DNA from: Ranitomeya imitator
Taxonomy: Eukaryota
Direction: 5' to 3'
Assembly: GCF_032444005.1 (NCBI RefSeq)
Contig: NC_091285.1
Coordinates: forward strand, 482,360,001-482,424,000
DNA length: 64,000 nucleotides
Shown: in pieces, positions 34,544 through 46,830 of the stretch
Layout: each line of letters begins with the position of its first letter
How positions within the stretch are numbered: position 1 is the stretch's first letter
Program-made: the position numbers and the translations under genes
The notes under the pieces: generated by a model
What the model saw: the letters and a program-made list of their open reading frames with translations, nothing else
What the model was told of the DNA's origin: nothing
Database searches by the model: none

Positions 34544-35937
34544 TATGCTCATACATGAGCGCTACTACCAGCGCTCACCGTGCATGCGCAGTGTGCTCCA
34601 ACACAGCGACGCGACGTCATTTCCGGTCCAGCGGCCGCACTTCCAGTCTGGCGATACCATGGGCGGCATAAAAACCCGCCACCTGTCTCCATCCAAACAC
34701 ACCACTCTGAGCAGGGCACGGGAGCGCCGCTCTTTTCATGAAGTCCAGGACATTTCAGGTATCCTTTTTGCCTCTTTACACTGCGCCACCACTGCTTCCC
34801 CACCTTTACCTGATACTATCTTACCCACAGGTCCAGCACGCCTGGTGCAGCTATATCATTGGGTGTTACTAGATCCGCCATCCCCGTCATCCTAGTGCAT
34901 CATACCCAACTTGGCACGGATGTGCCATTATTCCAGGACACCACAGGTACCCCATTTTTTGCGCTGAGCTATTCTCACTATATACGGCCATTATTGCTAC
35001 CCATATACACCTTCCCTACCTCACACTATACGGTCTTACCTACAGGTCCAGCTCATTTAGTCCAGCAATACTATTGGGGGCAAGTAGATCCGTCACCCCC
35101 CTTTACCCTAGTGCACCTTATCAGACTGTACACGGATGTGCCGCTACTCCAGGACACCACAGATATCCCACCCTTCTGTGCCCGCTGTGCCACCACTGTC
35201 TTTATTCCAGCTCCACAACCACACATGTTATTCCTTTGCAGGCCCAGCAACTGTGATACAACTCTACCTCAGGCAGCTTATAAATTCGCCATCTACCCCT
35301 AACATAGCACACTACATCCTACTGGGCACTGGAACGTCACCTCTATAGGTTTTCTAGGATACCACAGGTACCTCAGCCGTCCTCCTATACTGCACCACCA
35401 CTGCTTCCCTTATCCCTTCATAATATGCAGTCATTTACCTACAGGCCCATCACAGATGTGACGGCCATTTCTCCTGGTTTTCTACTACATAGTAGGATTT
35501 CTATGTCCTATCAACAACTTTTACCAAGGTATACAACTAATACCATCCACTAGGGAACCTTTCTTTCCCCCCCCCCCCCCCCCCACCTCCGTCCTTCTTT
35601 CCTTCCTTGCCATTTAGATACGCACTTCTGGAAACCAAGGTAATCGGCCTACACTACATCTGTCGCTTCCTACATTTCCCTTCCTTTCCTATAACCCTTT
35701 TTCAGGGGTATCCTACAAGTGAACATGCATTTTCTTTGAAAGTAATTTGTGACTGCCTCTCACTTTATATTGTACATATGTTATTCATTATCTTTGAATT
35801 TGTTTTTATTTGTACATAGACCTTGGTGATTGTATACTTAATTCTTTTGACCCTCCTTCACTGTATATTTGCTTCTTTTTGTTATATTGTTGCCATACTA
35901 CGACTAGCTATTTATACTGTTTCTTTATCTCCTCAGT

Positions 35938-35978
35938 AACCCCATGAATAAGACCCTAGTGGGTCGAAACGTTGGGTT
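35938..35978 (+). ncRNA. Decayed minimal hammerhead of the PLE pLTR
   Basis: AACCC catgaataa GACCC tagt GGGTC GAAAC GTT GGGTT: helices I and II intact, core CUGANGA damaged. Confidence 0.5.
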
Positions 35979-36834
35979 TGGTTTCGATTCACACGTACTG
36001 CTCGTATTATCCTGTGGCAACCTTTTGTGTTATGACAATAAAATTGTTGAACACTTTTGCATCACATCAAGTCTGAGTGTGCGGTATTTTTGGTATATGA
36101 TGTTATGGGCCACTTGGTCTGTCTTACCAGCACCTCTATTGTTTTGACCTGAATGCATACCATTATTCTCCTCCAGCAGGGTATCAACGTCACCAGCCAT
36201 CATATTAGTAGGAGCACATAATGAAATATATGGCACAACACTCTTCTGTTTTTTTGACATTTCGCAACTACTTCTAAGAGTAAACTTATTGAATGAAATG
36301 TTCAGTCAGCTATTGTATTTGGATGGCACCGGGTCGGAGTAGATGGGGACACAATTCAAACCCGGTTTTGTCAATTGGATTATTAGGGGCACAGCCTCCA
36401 TTATTTCTAGCAGAAAGACGTGCCCAGTCTGTACTTTCATGTTCAGAACGTGAACACTCTCTCGACTTGTCTTTGAGCTCTGAAGTACAGTGCCTGATAG
36501 ACATATGGCGTAGCTACTCTGTACAAGGACAGTACATATCTTTCATGCCTACTGGGAACATTTTTTCAGCAGCAGATATGTATGACCACAACCAGGACAG
36601 GTGGTAAAGACTAGAGATGAGCAAAGTTTTCAAAATTCGGTTCCGGTTACTACACTGTGTTCCAAATTATTATGCAAATTGGATTTAAGTGTCATAAAGA
36701 TTTAATTGTTTTGTTTTTCAAATAAACTCAAGGATGGTATTGTGTCTCAGGGCTCAATGGATCACTGAAATCAATCTTAAACACATGTGATAATTAGTTT
36801 TCCAGGTGATTCTAATTTAAGGAAAACTACTTAA

Positions 36835-37099
36835 AGGGACACTGTCACCTGAATTTGGAGGGAACAATCTTCAGCCATGGAGGCGGGGTTTTGGGGTTTT
36901 TGATTCACCCGTAGTACACGCCTGCACAAGGTAATCTTGCCTTGCGCAGGCGTGTACTATGGAGGACAGAGAATGAACTTCAATCCAATATTGCAGCCAG
37001 CATGCAGCTAGCGGGTAAGGAAAGGGTGAATCAAAAACCCGAAAACCCCGCCTCCATGGCTGAAGATTGTTCCCTCCAAATTCAGGTGACAGTGTCCAT
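36835..37099. mobile_element. T2/Kolobok-type MITE
   Basis: TTAA TSD; AGGGACACTGTCACCTGAATTTGG palindromic arms. Confidence 0.85.
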
Positions 37100-37889
37100 T
37101 TAAAAATTATGTTCCACATTATTAAGCAGGCCACAGGTTTCAAGTAATATAGGAACTAAAAAGGATCTCTCAGCTGCTGAAAAGCATTAAATAGTGCAAT
37201 GCCTTGGACAAGGTATGAAAACATTAGATATTCCAAGAAAACTTAAGAGTGGTCATCATATTGTGAAGAGATTTGTGACTGAAACAGAGCACAGACAGAG
37301 TTCATGCAGATAAAGGCATAATGAGGAAGGTTTCTGTAACGGGGTCTACCAAGCTGGGGTACCTCTTTCAGTACCACCCCGTGTTTCAGGAGGTCCACTC
37401 TGCTTTTGCTGGATTCTGAATGAAGGACGCTGGCTGGAATTCCTTGATTACGTGAGAGCATATAAAAGCTGACTGCTACTCCACGTATTTCCAGTCTAAA
37501 AGAACACACTTTATTCACCGCACACAGAATATATAACACAGATACACAGGGCAGGCCAATAGAAAAAGCAGGCCAGACATTTATTACAATAGCCTCAGGG
37601 GGCCGGAGCCTGCTGATATTTACTGTGGGAATTACAAAGGTGGGGGAGGACAGAAGGGGGATATCGTGTCCTCTCTGCCCAGGGGCGCAGCCTGTGGACT
37701 GATGCATTTCACATGGAACCTAGTATGCAGAATATATACTGCATAACATATTCTTGGTGCTGGGGGCTCTGTAACACGGCTCCCCTTTTCAGCGACGCGA
37801 TCGGCATACACAGTCTGATCCTTAACGGATCAGTTTGAGGATGACCGAAGTTTATGGGGTTGGTACAAGTTCCGTTTGTAGACTTAGCC

Positions 37890-39100
37890 CATCGGCATTA
37901 CCGTTTTGTTTGCCGGGTCTGTAGTGGATGGTGAAGTCCAGAGGTTGTAGGGCTAAACTCCACCGCAGTAATCTGGCGTTGTCTCCGGAGACCCGATTAA
38001 GCCAGACTAGGGGATTATGGTCCGTTAGGAGGGAAAACTGTCATCCATACAAATATGGTTGTAACTTTTTGAGTGCCCATACTATTGCCAGGCACTCCTT
38101 CTCGATGGCCGCATAGCTCACTTCATGGGGCAGTAGTTTCCGACTCAGGTAAGCTACCGGGTGTTCTTGGCCGTCCGGCCCGACTTGGCTTAGTACTGCC
38201 CCCAATCCAAACATAGAAGCGTCTGTGTGAACAGGAAACATTTAGTTGGATCGGGTGCGGCCAATACAGGGGTATTGGTGAGGGCGTCCTTTAGCTGTCG
38301 GAAGGCTTCCTCACACTCTGGGGTCCAGGTTACCTGGCGGGGTTGGTTCTTACGGGTCAGATCAGTGAGGGGCTTGGCCACGCTGCTGTAATTGGGAACG
38401 AATTTCCTGTAATACCCCGCTGTCCCTAGAAACGCCATGACCTGGGATTTAGTGCGTGGGGTGGGCCATTTGGCTATGGCCTCAATCTTGGCTGGTTCTG
38501 GTCTCTGTTTCCCACTTCCCACCCAATGCCCTAAATACTGAACCTCTGCTTTGCCCACGTGACACTTGTTTGGGTTCAGGGTGATTCCAGCCTTGTGTAT
38601 TCTGTCTAATACTGTCTCTAGGTGATTTAGATGCTCTTCCCATGTCGCGCTGTAGATGGCGATGTCATCCAGGTAGGCACACGCATAGTCCTGGAGACCA
38701 TCCAGAAGCCGGTCAGCCAGCCTCTGGAAGGTCGCCGGGGCAGTCTTCATCCCGAATGGCATAACTCGAAACTGGAATAAGCCGAACGGGGTGACAAATG
38801 CCGACTTGGGAATAGCATCAGGACTAAGGGGAATCTGCCAGTAGCCTTTGCATAGATAGATGGTGGTCAAATACTTTGCCCCTGCCAGCCAGTCTAACAA
38901 GTCATCCACACGCGGCATGGGATACGCATCCGTCACTGTTTTCTCATTGAGCTTACGATAGTCTACACAAAACCGTGTAGTTCCATCCTTCTTGGGCACT
39001 AACACTACGGGGGATGCCCAGGGACTATCTGACTCTTCAATGACCCCTAAACGCAACATCTCTTGTATCTCTTGTCGCATCCCTTCTCGTACAGACTCAG
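37890..39100 (-). pseudogene. Reverse transcriptase and RNase H, frameshifted
   Basis: [59 protein letters not shown]. Confidence 0.92.
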
Positions 39101-39119
39101 CGACGCGGAAGAGGGGTTG

Positions 39120-41528
39120 TCACAGGGGGGTCTGATCCTGGGTCTCAACCTTGTGTTGTGCCAGGTGACTGTACCTGGGTTTCCCTGAAAACATCCTCTG
39201 TCGCTGCCTCAACAACTCCTCCGCCTGCTGTCTCTCCCGGGGACCTAAGTCTTCACCCCAGTGTACCTGGTCCCATGTTTTAGACTGAGTCCTCTCCCCT
39301 AAGACATCAGGCAAGGGAAGTCCGGCTAAATCCTCTGCTTCAGGTGCACAGATGGCCACTACCTCTTCAGGGCGCTCCCGATAGGGCTTCAGCATATTCA
39401 CGTGGAACATGCGGATAACCCTGGGGTCGTCACAATCGGCGACATTATAGGTGGTGTCGGCTATTTTCCCCACTACCTGGTAGGGCCCCTGCCATGCAGC
39501 TTGGAACTTGTTCTGCCTAGTGGGCTCTAACACCAGGACCTTCTGCCCTATTTCCAAGGTGTGCTCTCTGGCCCTCCGATCGTACCATACGCGTTGGCGC
39601 CGCTGGGCCACCTGCATGTTCCCACGTACAGCCTGGGTTAGCTCCTGTAGGCGGTCCCGGAATTCCAGCACATAGGGTACAATAGGTACCCCTTCTATGA
39701 TGCCCTCCCCTTCCCAGTGTTCTAGCACTAAGTCTAGGGGTCCCCTTACCCGTCTCCCGTATACCAGTTCGAATGGGGAGAACCCCGTGGATTCTTGGGG
39801 CACCTCTCGATAGGCAAACAGTAGGTGAGGCAAGAATTTCTCCCAGTCCCTGTAGGTCCTGGTAAAAGTCCCAATGAGTTGTTTTAACATCCCGTTAAAG
39901 CATTCACACACCCCATTGATTTGCGGGTGGTACGGGGCGCTTCTAATGGACTTTACGCCGCACAGCTTCCACAGTTGGTTGGTCACCTCTGCTGTAAACT
40001 GGGTACCCTGGTCCGAGATAATTTCCCAGGGAAATCCTACCCGTGAGAAAACCTGGAGAAGGGCGGCCGCCACCGTCTCTGCCAGTATGTTAGGTAACGC
40101 AACCGCCTCTGGATACCGTGTGGCATAATCTACCACTGTAAATATATACCTTTTCCCTGACGGACTGGGTTTGGCTAACGGCCCTATCAGATCGACCGCT
40201 ACTCGGCTAAATGGTTCCTCCACAATGGGGAGGAGGCGTAATTTGGCCTTGCATCGATCTCCCCTCTTGCCAATGCGCTGGCAACTGTCACAGGTCTGGC
40301 AGTATTGACGAACATCATAGGTTACCCCCGGCCAAAAGAAGTTTTGTGTCAGACGATGCCTGGTACGACTGACGCCGAAGTGCCCGGCCAAGGGTATGTC
40401 ATGAGAGATTCGCAGTAACTCCTGCCTATATTTCTTGGGAACTACCCGCTGTTGTTTTATAGTGGGGCTTGTCCCTGTGTGGTGCTGCTCTGTGATCCGG
40501 TAGAGGAGTCCCTGCTTCCATATAAACTGTTCCCCTTCCAGTACCCCTCTCCTGTCCTGTGCCTTCCAACGATATCCCTCCAATGAAGGATACTCAAGTA
40601 ACTCCCTCTTAAATTCATCTGGGGTGGCCCAAGAAATGTGTCTGGCTATGGGAATACGTGTAGGGCTGGGATGTCTTACCTGGGCCTCCTCTGAGTGTGA
40701 TTCCGCCTCCGCAGCTCGAGCTTGTCTCCGGGTGGTCACAGGATATGTCTCAGCCAGAGGGGCAACCGAGAAGGCAGACAACATGGGCCCCAAGTCATTT
40801 CCCAGAAAAACGTCTGCAGGCAAATCCTCCATCAAGCTGACCTCAACAAGGCCATCCCCAACTCCCCAGTTCAGGTGAATCCTGGCAGTGGGTAGTCGAT
40901 GTATGGCTCCCCCTGCTACACGGACTGCCACTGTTCGGTCCGTCTTCTCTTGGTCCCAGACGAGATGAGGCTTCACAAGGGTCAAAGTTGCTCCGGAATC
41001 TCTTAGTCCCTGCATGCGTTTCCCATTAACCCACACGAGCTGTCGATGCTGTTGTTGATTATCTGCCCGGGCTGCCTGCACGGAGCCTACATCATGCAGC
41101 ACTTCCTCCATGTCTTCCACCCCTTGGTTAGTTGTAGCCCCCAATGCCAGGTCAGCTTCGCCTTGGTAGCAGGGTACAGCGGCCCGGCGGAAGGTAGCTG
41201 TTCCCGCCTTTGGCCACTGGGTATGCTGAGTCCGGTTGGGACATTGTCTTTGCAGGTGGCCCAGCTGATGGCAGGTGTGGCATCGCGCCCCAGGGGAACT
41301 GTGGTAGGCCGGGTTTCTAGCTGGTCCCCCTACAATCTTCGGTGGTTTGGGGCTTTCCAGGTCCATGTGCGGACCCCTATTGACCATCTTTGATCCGGAC
41401 AACTGAGGCCTCCTGGCGTCATGATGTTCATCGGCCAGACGAGCGGCTTCCTCAAGAGTCAATGGCCGCCTGTCCCGAAGCCATTTCTGTGTCTCGGGGT
41501 TTAGTCCATTAAAGAATCGTTCTAACAA
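39120..41528 (-). pseudogene. Gag C-terminus (CCHC) - protease - integrase polyprotein segment
   Basis: CHTCHQLGHLQRQC knuckle, RDSGAT protease, HDIPLAGHFG/CDSC zinc motif, VDLIGP...ISDQGTQF...NGVCE integrase core, followed by the start of RT. Confidence 0.92.
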
Positions 41529-42312
41529 GAAGAGCTGGAGGACGTCCTCCTTAGTGGTTGCTTGGCTCCCTTGTACCCAATGTAGCAGTGACCGCCGTAA
41601 TTTACATGCCCATTCAGCGTGGGTATCGGAACCTTTGGCGGTATGCCTCTGGTGTCAGCGCATACCGGGCCAAGATCACTTCTTTGATCCGCTCATAGTC
41701 CATACAGTCCTCATCAGATACCGTGCGATAGGCGTCCGCTGCCCGGCCTGTCAGCTTGCTGGCCAGAATCTGAACCCGTTCCTCCGGCTTCACTTGATGA
41801 AGGGCACACTGCCGCTCAAAGTCCTGCAGAAAGCCATCAATGTCTTCCTCTGCCTCCCCCAACTGTCGGAAGGCATTATACTGGATCTTTTTGTGGCTTA
41901 CTGTTGAAGGTACCTGGGTGGAGGCCAGAGGTCCCCTTGCTCGCTGACTCTCCTCTCTCCGCTCTGCCATCTCCATCTTGGCCAGCTCCACTTTGGTCCG
42001 CTCTGCCATCTCCATCTTGGTTAGCTCTATCCTGGTCCGCTCGGCCATCTCTTAATTCAGATCAGTACGCACATCAGCCATCACCTCTCGTATGATCTCT
42101 ACTGCAGGGTTTGGGCCATAGAATGCCAGTCTGTTCTTTACCTCCCTCTGGAATTCAGTCTCCTCCACGTTCACATTGGGGAGCGCTGCACTGTCTTGTT
42201 CCATGATAGCTGCTATCAAATCCGCATTTGTTTTGTTGCTGGCGATTAACCCTCGGGCTTCCACCAGATCTTTTAATGTAGTCCTCTTTAACTTCTGGTA
42301 GTTGTCTTCCAT
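41528..42312 (-). pseudogene. Gag with SAP/HeH-like N-terminus, 10-aa repeats and SCAN-like capsid region
   Basis: LKRTTLKDLVEARGL; repeated EMAERT.IEL.KM; DIDGFLQDFER...ILARYALTPEAYRQRFR; in-frame TAA at 42052 and a frameshift near 41614. Confidence 0.8.
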
Positions 42313-44706
42313 TCATTCCTTTCCTCCTGTAGAAGGGGTATCCCGCTGTCTGCCACCAGTGTAACGAGGTCTACCAAGCTGGGGTACCTCTTTCAGTACC
42401 ACCCCGTGTTTCAGGAGGTCCACTCTGCTTTTGCTGGATTCTGAATGAAGGACGCTGGCTGGAATTCCTTGATTACGTGAGAGAATATAAAAGCTGACTG
42501 CTACTCCACGTATTTCCAGTCTAAAAGAACACACTTTATTCACCGCACACAGAATATATAACACAGATACACAGGGCAGGCCAATAGAAAAAGCAGGCCA
42601 GACATACATTACAATAGCCGCAGGGGGCCGGAGCCTGCTGATATTTACTGTGGGAATTACAAAGGTGGGGGAGGACAGAAGGGGGATATCGTGTCCTCTC
42701 TGCCCAGGGGCGCAGCCTGTGGACTGATGCATTTCACATGGAACCTATTATACATAATATATACTGCATAACATATTCTTGGTGCTGGGGGTTCTGTAAC
42801 AGTTTCTGCCAGACAAATTCATGGGATTAAGAGAGCAGCTGCAAAAATACCATTACAAAGCAGCAAACAGTTATTTGAAGCTGCTGGTGCCTCTGGAGTC
42901 CCTTGAATCTCGAGGTGTAGGATCCTTCAAAGGCTTGCTGTGGTGCATAAACCTAATATTCAGCCACCCTTAAACAGTGTTCACAAGCATAAATGGTTAA
43001 AGTGGGCCCAGACATAGATGAATACTAATTTCCAAACAGTCTTGTTTACTGATGAGTGTCAAGCAACCTTGGATGGTCCAGATGGATGGAGTAGTGGATG
43101 GTTGGTGGATTGCCACCATGTCCCAACAAGGCTGCGACATCAGCAAGGAGATGGAGGAGTCACATTTTAGGCCAGAAACACAGGGAAACAGCTGGTAGGA
43201 CGCTTTAAGGTTCCTGAAGGTGTGAAAATGACCTCTGCAAAGTATTTAGAGTTTCTGACTGACAACTTTCTTCCATGGTCTAAAAAGCAGAAACGTGCCT
43301 TCAGGAGCAAAATCATCTTCATGCCTGACAATGCACCATCTCATGCTGCAAAGAATACCTCTGAGTCATTGGCTGCTATGGGCATAAAAGGAGATAAACT
43401 CATGGTGTGGCCACCATCTTCACCTGACCTCAACCGTACAGAGAACCTTTGGAGTATCATCAAGCAAAAGATCTATGAGGGTGGGAGGCGGTTCACATCA
43501 AAACAGCGGCTCTGGGAGGCTATTCTGACTTCATGCAAAGAAATACAAGCAGAAACTCTCCAAAAAATCACAAGTTCAATGGATGCAAGAATTGTGAAGG
43601 TGATATCAAAGAAGGGGTCCAATGTTAACATGTAACTTGGCCTGTTCGGAGGTTTTGGAGTTAAATAGCTGTTTTGTTAGTGAATGTGACCTCCTAATGC
43701 TGCAAATTCCACAAATGAGCATTTTCAGTTCTTTAAAACGTATCAAATGTATAGAAATTCTACTGTGCCTAATAATTTGGAACAGTGCATTTTGAGTTTT
43801 TATTTATTTTGGAGATTATACTGTTATCATTGGCATTTGGAGGTTTCTTCAATAAAATTCGATGTATAATCTAACGGGTGATGACTTATTAGACTGACTG
43901 TCATTTGCACCGACCATTTAGGAAAATCCGAGAAAAATATAATTTGCATAATAATTTGGAACACAGTGTATTGGCGGTGAATATTGTTTTTGCAATATTC
44001 GCCCAATTGACTCCACACGTCATTGGAGTCAATGGGAGTAGAAATGATCGAATATGTTCGGAATCGATCATCACACATAAATTCGGCGTGATTAAAGTAC
44101 CAATATGGTACGAATATGGCAAATTCAGATTCAGAGACCAATTCCAAACATATTTGCTCGACACTAGTATAGACGCCACCATTGGGCATTACGCCTGGTT
44201 CCACCAACAGGCGACGGTTATCTACTTCCTTCTATGCCTTTGCATCATCCTCAATAGATATGACCTCATCAACCACAACTTGGGCACAAAGTTATATTCA
44301 TCTACCTGCTCTCAGTCCTTTTGTTAATGTGAGGTAAAGCAAATGCCAAGCAGTTTTACAGCTTATAAGAACGGGTGACAAAACTTGTTTTCACAGATAC
44401 CACAAGTACCCATTATAACCTGCTACTATGCAAATGCAAAACACACATAGACATGTCCTTTTTTCAGGCAGCACAGATGACAAGGGCCAATACAAGTCTT
44501 TGGATTGGTGAAAAACATGTACAGCAAACAGATGTCATCTATGTGGCATTGGTGTGGGGTCTGTGTTTAACATTGCAAAGTATAGGAGAAGCTTTGTAAT
44601 TTAATTTTTTCTTTATCCATCCGTTAAAAACACTGATGACACACGAATCACACACTGATGGAAAGCTCTCATGGCACCAGTACTGGTTTTTGACTTACAT
44701 GTTTAA

Positions 44707-45207
44707 AGGGAACCTGTCACCTGAATTTGGCGGGCTCTGTTTACGGTCCGATGGGCGGTGTTTTCGGTTCTGTCATGCACCCCTTCCTTTCCCAGTGGCC
44801 GCAATATTGTCTTGAATTTGATTAGGTTTCCTCCGTAGTACACGTGTGCGCAATGCAATCTCGCCTTGCGCACACGCAGTATGCTTTGCCCAACTGCGGA
44901 CAAAGCCGAAAAGCATTAGTGCACATGCGCCGGCGCACTATGTCTCGGAATACAGCTAAATACTTCCGGGACATAGGGCACCGGCGCATGCGCACTAATG
45001 CTTTTTGGCTTTGCCCGCAGTTGGGCAAAGCATACTGTGAGTGCGCAAGGTGAGATTGCATTGCGCACGCGTGTACTACGGAGGAAACCTAATCAAATTC
45101 AAGACAATATTGCGGCCAGCGGGAAAGGAAGGAGTGCATGACAGAACCGAAAGCACCGCCTATCTGACCGTAAACAGAGCCCGCCAAATTTAGGTGACAG
45201 AGTCCCT
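44707..45207. mobile_element. T2/Kolobok-type MITE, palindromic
   Basis: TTAA TSD at 44703-44706 and 45208-45211; AGGGAACCTGTCACCTGAATTTGGCGGG arms. Confidence 0.9.
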
Positions 45208-45894
45208 TTAAACACGGACATGTGAAAGAGGCCTTAGGAAGGTGTCTGGGCACTTCAGCCGTTCTTACATGGTGACACAAGGTCTCTAGGATTTGCGAAA
45301 AAAAATTATCTGATTTGCATCTTGCTGGGATTCAACCCTAAATATACTGCATTAGCGCATCTGTATGATCTGTGATAAACAAGCAATGTCACTTGTAGAG
45401 AATGAATAAGCAATTGTTTCTTCTGTTTGCACATGTATAGATCATGTTGCTGATGAAAACCACAGTTGTCCAAAAATGTACATAGCTCTGCCATGCTGTG
45501 CAAAAGTTAATTCTGTTGTTGATCACAAAAAATTTCAATAGAAAGAAAATACAGCAAATGGCAACCATCCTGAGGCTTCAGATAAAAAGTCGTTGAGGAG
45601 AACTGGGGTGCACACAGTAGCAGATGCGAGGTGCAGGCGGAAGGGGGTACATAAAGCCAGGAAATTTCATCACAAACTCTTACTTCTAAATGCAAATTAA
45701 TTTATTACCAAACCAATTGTAGGTAGGCAGATATATGTTTAGAGAAGACATTTTGTTGCAGGATATTGAGGCGACATGCATAACGTTTGTGTCTTATTCG
45801 CACAATCACTCATGGAAGCTTTTTCCTTGAATATGTAATGTGACTATGTAGCCACTGCTGGGGAGAGATAGTGGGTATAACCTTGAGAGGGGAA

Positions 45895-46535
45895 GAGTTC
45901 TATTTTACCCTTATCAGTCCACTGGACCCGTTTCCAAAATGAATCAGGCTTGTTTAGATGTTCCTTTGCATTCTTCTGACGCTGAATTCTATAGTGAGAA
46001 TGCAGGAGAGGTTTTCTTCTGATGCCTCTTCCATGAAGGCCATATTTGTATAGGTGTCTCTGAACAGTAGAACAATATACCAGAACTCACGAGTCTGCTA
46101 AATGTTTCTGAAGGTCTTTTGCAGTCAAGCGGAGTTCTGATTCGCCTCTCTAGCAATCCTACAAGCAACTCTCACTGGTCTTCCAGACCATATTTTGACC
46201 TCCACTGTTCCTGTTAACTGCCACTTTGCTATCTTCCTAAGAGGAGGTTTAAAAATACAAGGAAAAAAAAGAGAATATATACAAATGCTGCATCAGACGA
46301 TCAGAACAGCATCACTAATGGATTCTTGTATAACTCATTCTGCAGTCAGCAATAGAGAGTGCTGGCATGTAAAAGCATGGGCACCCCTGGTTAACATTAC
46401 TGTGATTGTGAACAGTTAAGTAAGTTGAAGATGAAATGATCTCTAAAAGGCCTAAAGTTAAAGATGACACATTTCATTTGTATTTTCGAAAAAAAAAAAA
46501 AATTAAATATTTTATATTTTAAAAATTACAAAAAG
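45895..46535 (-). mobile_element. Degenerate Tc1 fragments
   Basis: Minus-strand translation TAKDLQKHLAD...RRKPLL...HLNKPDSFWKRVQWTD, plus a Tc1 TIR-like CATGTAAAAG..TGGGCACCCCTGG near 46365. Confidence 0.75.
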
Positions 46536-46539
46536 GAAG

Positions 46540-46830
46540 CCAGGAGGACTTGGGTATTCTCGTTACAAGTAAGCTGAGCAGCAGTACTCAATGTCAAGCT
46601 ACAGCCGCAAAAGCAAAGAAGATTTTAGTATGTATAAAACGTATTATTACCCCTTTGTAAATCACTGGTGAGGCCACATCTAGAATATGGGATCCAGTTT
46701 TGGGCTCCACATTTCAAAAAGGATATTCAGAATTTAGAATCAGGTCAAAGGCAAGGCAACTAGATGATTACGAGGGATGGAAGACCTCGCATATGATGAA
46801 AGCTGGGAAAAGTTGGGCTTGTTTAGCTTG
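46540..46830 (+). mobile_element. Degenerate CR1 ORF2 fragment
   Basis: EDLGIL...[21 protein letters not shown]-type translation with frameshifts. Confidence 0.8.

Larger units (their letters stand above)
31690..36140 (+). mobile_element. 5'-truncated Neptune-type Penelope-like element (GIY-YIG end plus long 3' region), split by a Tc1
   Basis: Frameshifted ORF 31700-32364 with RT thumb/linker, PCLNCASC zinc-binding motif and VIY...LYMGET GIY-YIG nuclease; the 3' region resumes after 34545 with a hammerhead-like motif at 35938-35978. The right boundary is approximate. Confidence 0.82.
37335..42801 (-). mobile_element. Full-length Gmr1-like Ty3/Gypsy LTR retrotransposon
   Basis: 442-bp LTRs at 37335-37776 and 42360-42801; 5-bp TSD GTTTC; PBS TGGTGGCAG (tRNA-Leu-like) next to the 5' LTR; PPT GAAAAGGGGAGCCG next to the 3' LTR; gag, PR, IN, RT, RNase H in that order. 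Confidence 0.96.
36653..43968 (+). mobile_element. Tc1-like TRT element (DD37E), degenerate, interrupted by a MITE and a Gypsy
   Basis: TA TSD; TIR CACTGTGTTCCAAATTATTATGCAAATT at both ends; ORF 43222-43635 has MPDNAPSH...SPDLNRTENLW with 37 residues between D and E. Confidence 0.9.
36612..44166. mobile_element. hAT-type MITE (TAGAGATGAGC family), outermost layer of a nest
   Basis: TIR TAGAGATGAGCAAA / TTTGCTCGACACTA; 8-bp TSD GTAAAGAC / GTATAGAC with one mismatch. Confidence 0.7.

Noticed and set aside
37243-42732. Duplicated MHQSTGCAPG ORFs at 37243-37707 and 42313-42732
   Set aside because: They lie within the two LTRs of the Gypsy element and are not genes.
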